A stretch of 64,000 nucleotides of DNA from an uncultured Chroococcidiopsis sp. (GTDB taxonomy: Bacteria > Cyanobacteriota > Cyanobacteriia > Cyanobacteriales > Chroococcidiopsidaceae), in contig CAXTYC010000008.1 of assembly GCA_964248365.1 (NCBI GenBank), positions 86,492-150,491 of the forward strand, in the 5' to 3' direction. This document shows, in pieces, positions 61,291 through 64,000 of the stretch. The position numbers and the translations under genes were made by a program. Below the pieces are notes generated by a model. That model saw only the letters and a program-made list of their open reading frames with translations, searched no databases and was not told the DNA's origin. How positions within the stretch are numbered: the first letter of the stretch is position 1; every line of letters starts with the position of its first letter.

Positions 61291-63693
61291 GTGTCATTCG
61301 ATTCGATTTGGCTAATCGGTTCTAGTCGCAGTGGTAAGACCAGTCGCCTAGTCAAGCAGTTTTGTAGTTGGGTTCAAAGTGGAACGGGTAGGGGGCAGTT
61401 GGGCAAAAACGGCTTGCCACAACGCTTGTATATTCAGCAGAGCGAACCAGCAGTTTTGGTTTTGGCGGCAAATGATGATAATCGGCGCGAGTTGGCAGAT
61501 AAAATTGTGGCAGCAACAGGAGGGAAATATCCCATTCGCGCTAAGACACCTTTGGGATTTTTTCAGGATGAAGTCATTTTATTTTGGCCTTTGCTTATAC
61601 AGCTATTAAACCTGAAAGCACAGTTTCCGGTAAGGCTACGCCCAGAAACTGAGCAGGAATTAGCAACTTTCCTCTGGCGACAGGAGTTAGATGAAGAAAT
61701 TTTACGTTCACAAGGAGTGAGTGAATCTCGATGGGTGCGTCGCCTGTTGGACTTATTGCAACTGGCTGCTTTAAGCGGCACACCTGTCGAGGAGATTTCC
61801 AACGTTCTGGCTGCGTCTGGGGAAGGTGAGGGAGCAGGGGAGCAGGGGGGACTCGGAGTCCCCGTCCCCGAAGGGGATGGGGATTGGGGGGAGAGAGGGG
61901 CACAGGGGCAGAGGAGCAGGGGAGAATTCCCAATCCAAAATCGAAAATCTAAAATCGAAAATTCCCTCACCCCTCAAGAGTCACTCCTCTTAAAATGGCG
62001 TAATTGGTGTTGGGAGCAGGGATTTCTAACTTATGGAATTACTACTGAACTGTACTACCGTTACCTTCTGCCTAACCAATATTACCAGCAACATTTAGCT
62101 CGTTCTTATGGGTATGTATTGGCAGATGATGTAGATGATTATCCCGCGATCGCCCGCGATCTATTTGATTTACTTCTAGATCAAGGAGCAGTCGGGGCAT
62201 TTACTTATAATTCTGATGGAGCAGTTCGCTTGGGATTGGGAGCTGATCCCAATTACCTAGAAAAGCTATCAAAGCGCTGTCAAGTAGAAACTTTGAGCCA
62301 ACCACAGCTGTCTCTAGCAGATCAGTTGGCACAAGTAGTCGAATCAGTCTCCCAACCGATGGTACTGTTGGACTTACCCTCGTGTGTGCAAACACTGCAA
62401 ACCACTTCGAGGGCAGATTTATTGCGACAAACAGCTCTGTTGATTATTCAGGCGGTGCAGTCAAAACAGGTACAGCCGCAAGAAATAGCAGTAATTGCTC
62501 CTGGTTTAGATGCGATCGCGCGTTACACTTTGGTAGAAATTTTAACCAAGCAAGGAATTCCTGTCTCGTCCCTCAACGATCAACGTTCACTGACTAGTTC
62601 CCCAATTATCAGAGCCTTGCTTACCCTTCTTGCCCTAGTTTATCCAGGTTTGGGGCGGCTGGTAGATCGGGATGCAGTAGCTGAAATGTTGGTTGTACTT
62701 AGCACAAGGCGAGAGGTGAGAGGTACGAGGCAAGAGGGCGCTACGCGCAGGCAAGAGGAAAAAACGTCTACTGGTAGCATAGATCTGCCTTCAAACGAAA
62801 AATCTAACCTCTCGCAGATCGCCTCTAGCCTCTTGCCTAACATTGATCCAGTTCGGGCTGGCTTAATAGCAGATCACTGCTTTGAACCCCATCCCGATCG
62901 CCCCAATTTACTACCAGTGACAGTATACGATCGCTGGGATAGACTGGGATATACTGCAAGCTTGGCATATGAGCAGATATGGGAGTGGATAGAAGGACAG
63001 CGATCGCAACAACAACAGCGTTTACTTCCTAGTCCTATTTCGCTATTAGACAGAGCTATTCAAAGATTTTTGTGGAATGGTAGCAATTTACCTTATGACC
63101 AATTAGCAGCATTACGGGAATTATTAGAAACTGCCCAACATTACTGGGAAGTTGATACTCGCCTGCGCCAGATCGAGCATTACCAGAGTGATCTACATTC
63201 CCAGTTTCAGGCTGGTAACGAGGCTACTTCACCTCACGCAACTATTGCCTCTTTTATTCAACTGCTACGGCGTGGCACAATTACAGCCAATCCTTATCCT
63301 GTCCGTCCAATAGGTTTTGCTAGTCGGGCTGTCACTCTGGCGACTATTTTCCAATATCGTTCTAGTCGGCAATTTCATCGGTGGCAATTCTGGTTAGATG
63401 CTGGTTCACCCTTATGGTTAAGTGGTGGTGCAGCAACTTTGTTTGGTGCGCCATTGTTTTTACAGCATCGAATGAGTCAACCTTGGACAGCAGAAGACGA
63501 AATCAATGCTAATGAGCAAAGACTGGGACGAATATTGCGGGATTTACTAGGACGTGTGGGAGAGCGAGTTTACCTGTGTCATAGTGAGCTAGCCGTAAAT
63601 GGACAAGAGCAAACTGGACCTTTGTTGCCTTTGATTAATGCTGCACATCCGATAGCTTCTTCGCCTGCGCTTGCCCCTTCTGTAACGATTTGA
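61291..63693 (+). CDS. UvrD/AddB-like helicase-fold protein, probably degenerate
   Basis: N-terminal Walker A GSSRSGKT, VLADDVDDY, EIAVIAP. Confidence 0.65.
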   Translation: MSFDSIWLIGSSRSGKTSRLVKQFCSWVQSGTGRGQLGKNGLPQRLYIQQSEPAVLVLAANDDNRRELADKIVAATGGKYPIRAKTPLGFFQDEVILFWPLLIQLLNLKAQFPVRLRPETEQELATFLWRQELDEEILRSQGVSESRWVRRLLDLLQLAALSGTPVEEISNVLAASGEGEGAGEQGGLGVPVPEGDGDWGERGAQGQRSRGEFPIQNRKSKIENSLTPQESLLLKWRNWCWEQGFLTYGITTELYYRYLLPNQYYQQHLARSYGYVLADDVDDYPAIARDLFDLLLDQGAVGAFTYNSDGAVRLGLGADPNYLEKLSKRCQVETLSQPQLSLADQLAQVVESVSQPMVLLDLPSCVQTLQTTSRADLLRQTALLIIQAVQSKQVQPQEIAVIAPGLDAIARYTLVEILTKQGIPVSSLNDQRSLTSSPIIRALLTLLALVYPGLGRLVDRDAVAEMLVVLSTRREVRGTRQEGATRRQEEKTSTGSIDLPSNEKSNLSQIASSLLPNIDPVRAGLIADHCFEPHPDRPNLLPVTVYDRWDRLGYTASLAYEQIWEWIEGQRSQQQQRLLPSPISLLDRAIQRFLWNGSNLPYDQLAALRELLETAQHYWEVDTRLRQIEHYQSDLHSQFQAGNEATSPHATIASFIQLLRRGTITANPYPVRPIGFASRAVTLATIFQYRSSRQFHRWQFWLDAGSPLWLSGGAATLFGAPLFLQHRMSQPWTAEDEINANEQRLGRILRDLLGRVGERVYLCHSELAVNGQEQTGPLLPLINAAHPIASSPALAPSVTI

Positions 63694-63708
63694 GGTTTAC
63701 TCTTTTTG

Positions 63709-63761
63709 TGACACAATCGACATCTGATTGTCATTTTGCTGTCACACTCATTTATTAAGCT
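63709..63761 (+). promoter_or_regulatory. OmpR/PhoB-type direct-repeat box plus -10 element, copy B
   Basis: TCGACAT-N4-TTGTCAT-N4-CTGTCAC-N10-TAAGCT. Confidence 0.6.
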
Positions 63762-63767
63762 ATTTAT

Positions 63768-63847
63768 TAATAAATAATTAGTCTGCCCCTCACACCGCAT
63801 TCTAATTTGTACCTCCCTCCCTTCCCCAAATAAAGGGAGGGTTTTTT
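63768..63847 (+). ncRNA. Candidate small RNA, copy B
   Basis: Hairpin AATTAG..TGC-CCCTCACACC-GCA..CTAATT; terminator CCCTCCCTT..AAGGGAGGG-TTTTTT; homologous to 25870..25945. Confidence 0.6.
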
Positions 63848-63946
63848 ATCAAGTGGTTGCCACAAGAGCGAGCTATTAGCCCTTGGGACAAACCTGATCG
63901 ATAATTGGGCAAGCTTGGGCAAAAAGAGCGGTATCTTTTGTCATTA

Positions 63947-64000
63947 GTCAGAGTCGGAGGGAGAATCGCTTCTCCCACCTCTGTTTCAGAACCGGACTTG
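63947..64000 (-). mobile_element. 3' end (domains V-VI) of a group II intron, continuing off the right edge
   Basis: Minus strand CAAGTCCGGTTCTG (domain V 3' arm), then AGAGGTGGGAGAA-GCGA-TTCTCCCTCCGACTCT-GAC with a bulged A and AC terminus. Confidence 0.8.

Larger units (their letters stand above)
1..64000. repeat. HIP1 octamer GCGATCGC dispersed throughout
   Basis: Many copies in both coding and intergenic DNA, a cyanobacterial hallmark. Confidence 0.95.

Overview
Core-genome window of a cyanobacterium, indicated by dense HIP1 GCGATCGC sites, heptamer short tandem repeats and REP-like palindromes. Housekeeping genes include a gyrA/parC-like gene, hemL, hisIE, spp, ruvA, tRNA-Thr(CGT), rpsO, PAM68, aroF, tyrA, tocopherol genes, cobA-hemD, coaE, tldD, iscS, rnz, cobU and pcxA. 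A storage block holds two GH13 paralogues around cphA2/cphB2. The most notable items are: (1) a four-gene candidate transmembrane signalling operon (Venus-flytrap protein, sigma-like factor, DUF1822 protein, CHAT protease fused to a periplasmic binding domain); (2) two homologous unannotated ~135-bp promoter-sRNA-terminator cassettes 38 kb apart, each with a Pho-box-like repeat and a CCUCACAC seed; (3) a CapD/PglF dehydratase fused to a degenerate EAL domain in an EPS region; (4) a collapsed ktrB-ktrA operon; (5) a WcaL-like pseudogene split by a MITE with a TA duplication; (6) the 3' end of a group II intron at the right edge. All family assignments are from recognition of sequence motifs; no database searches were run.
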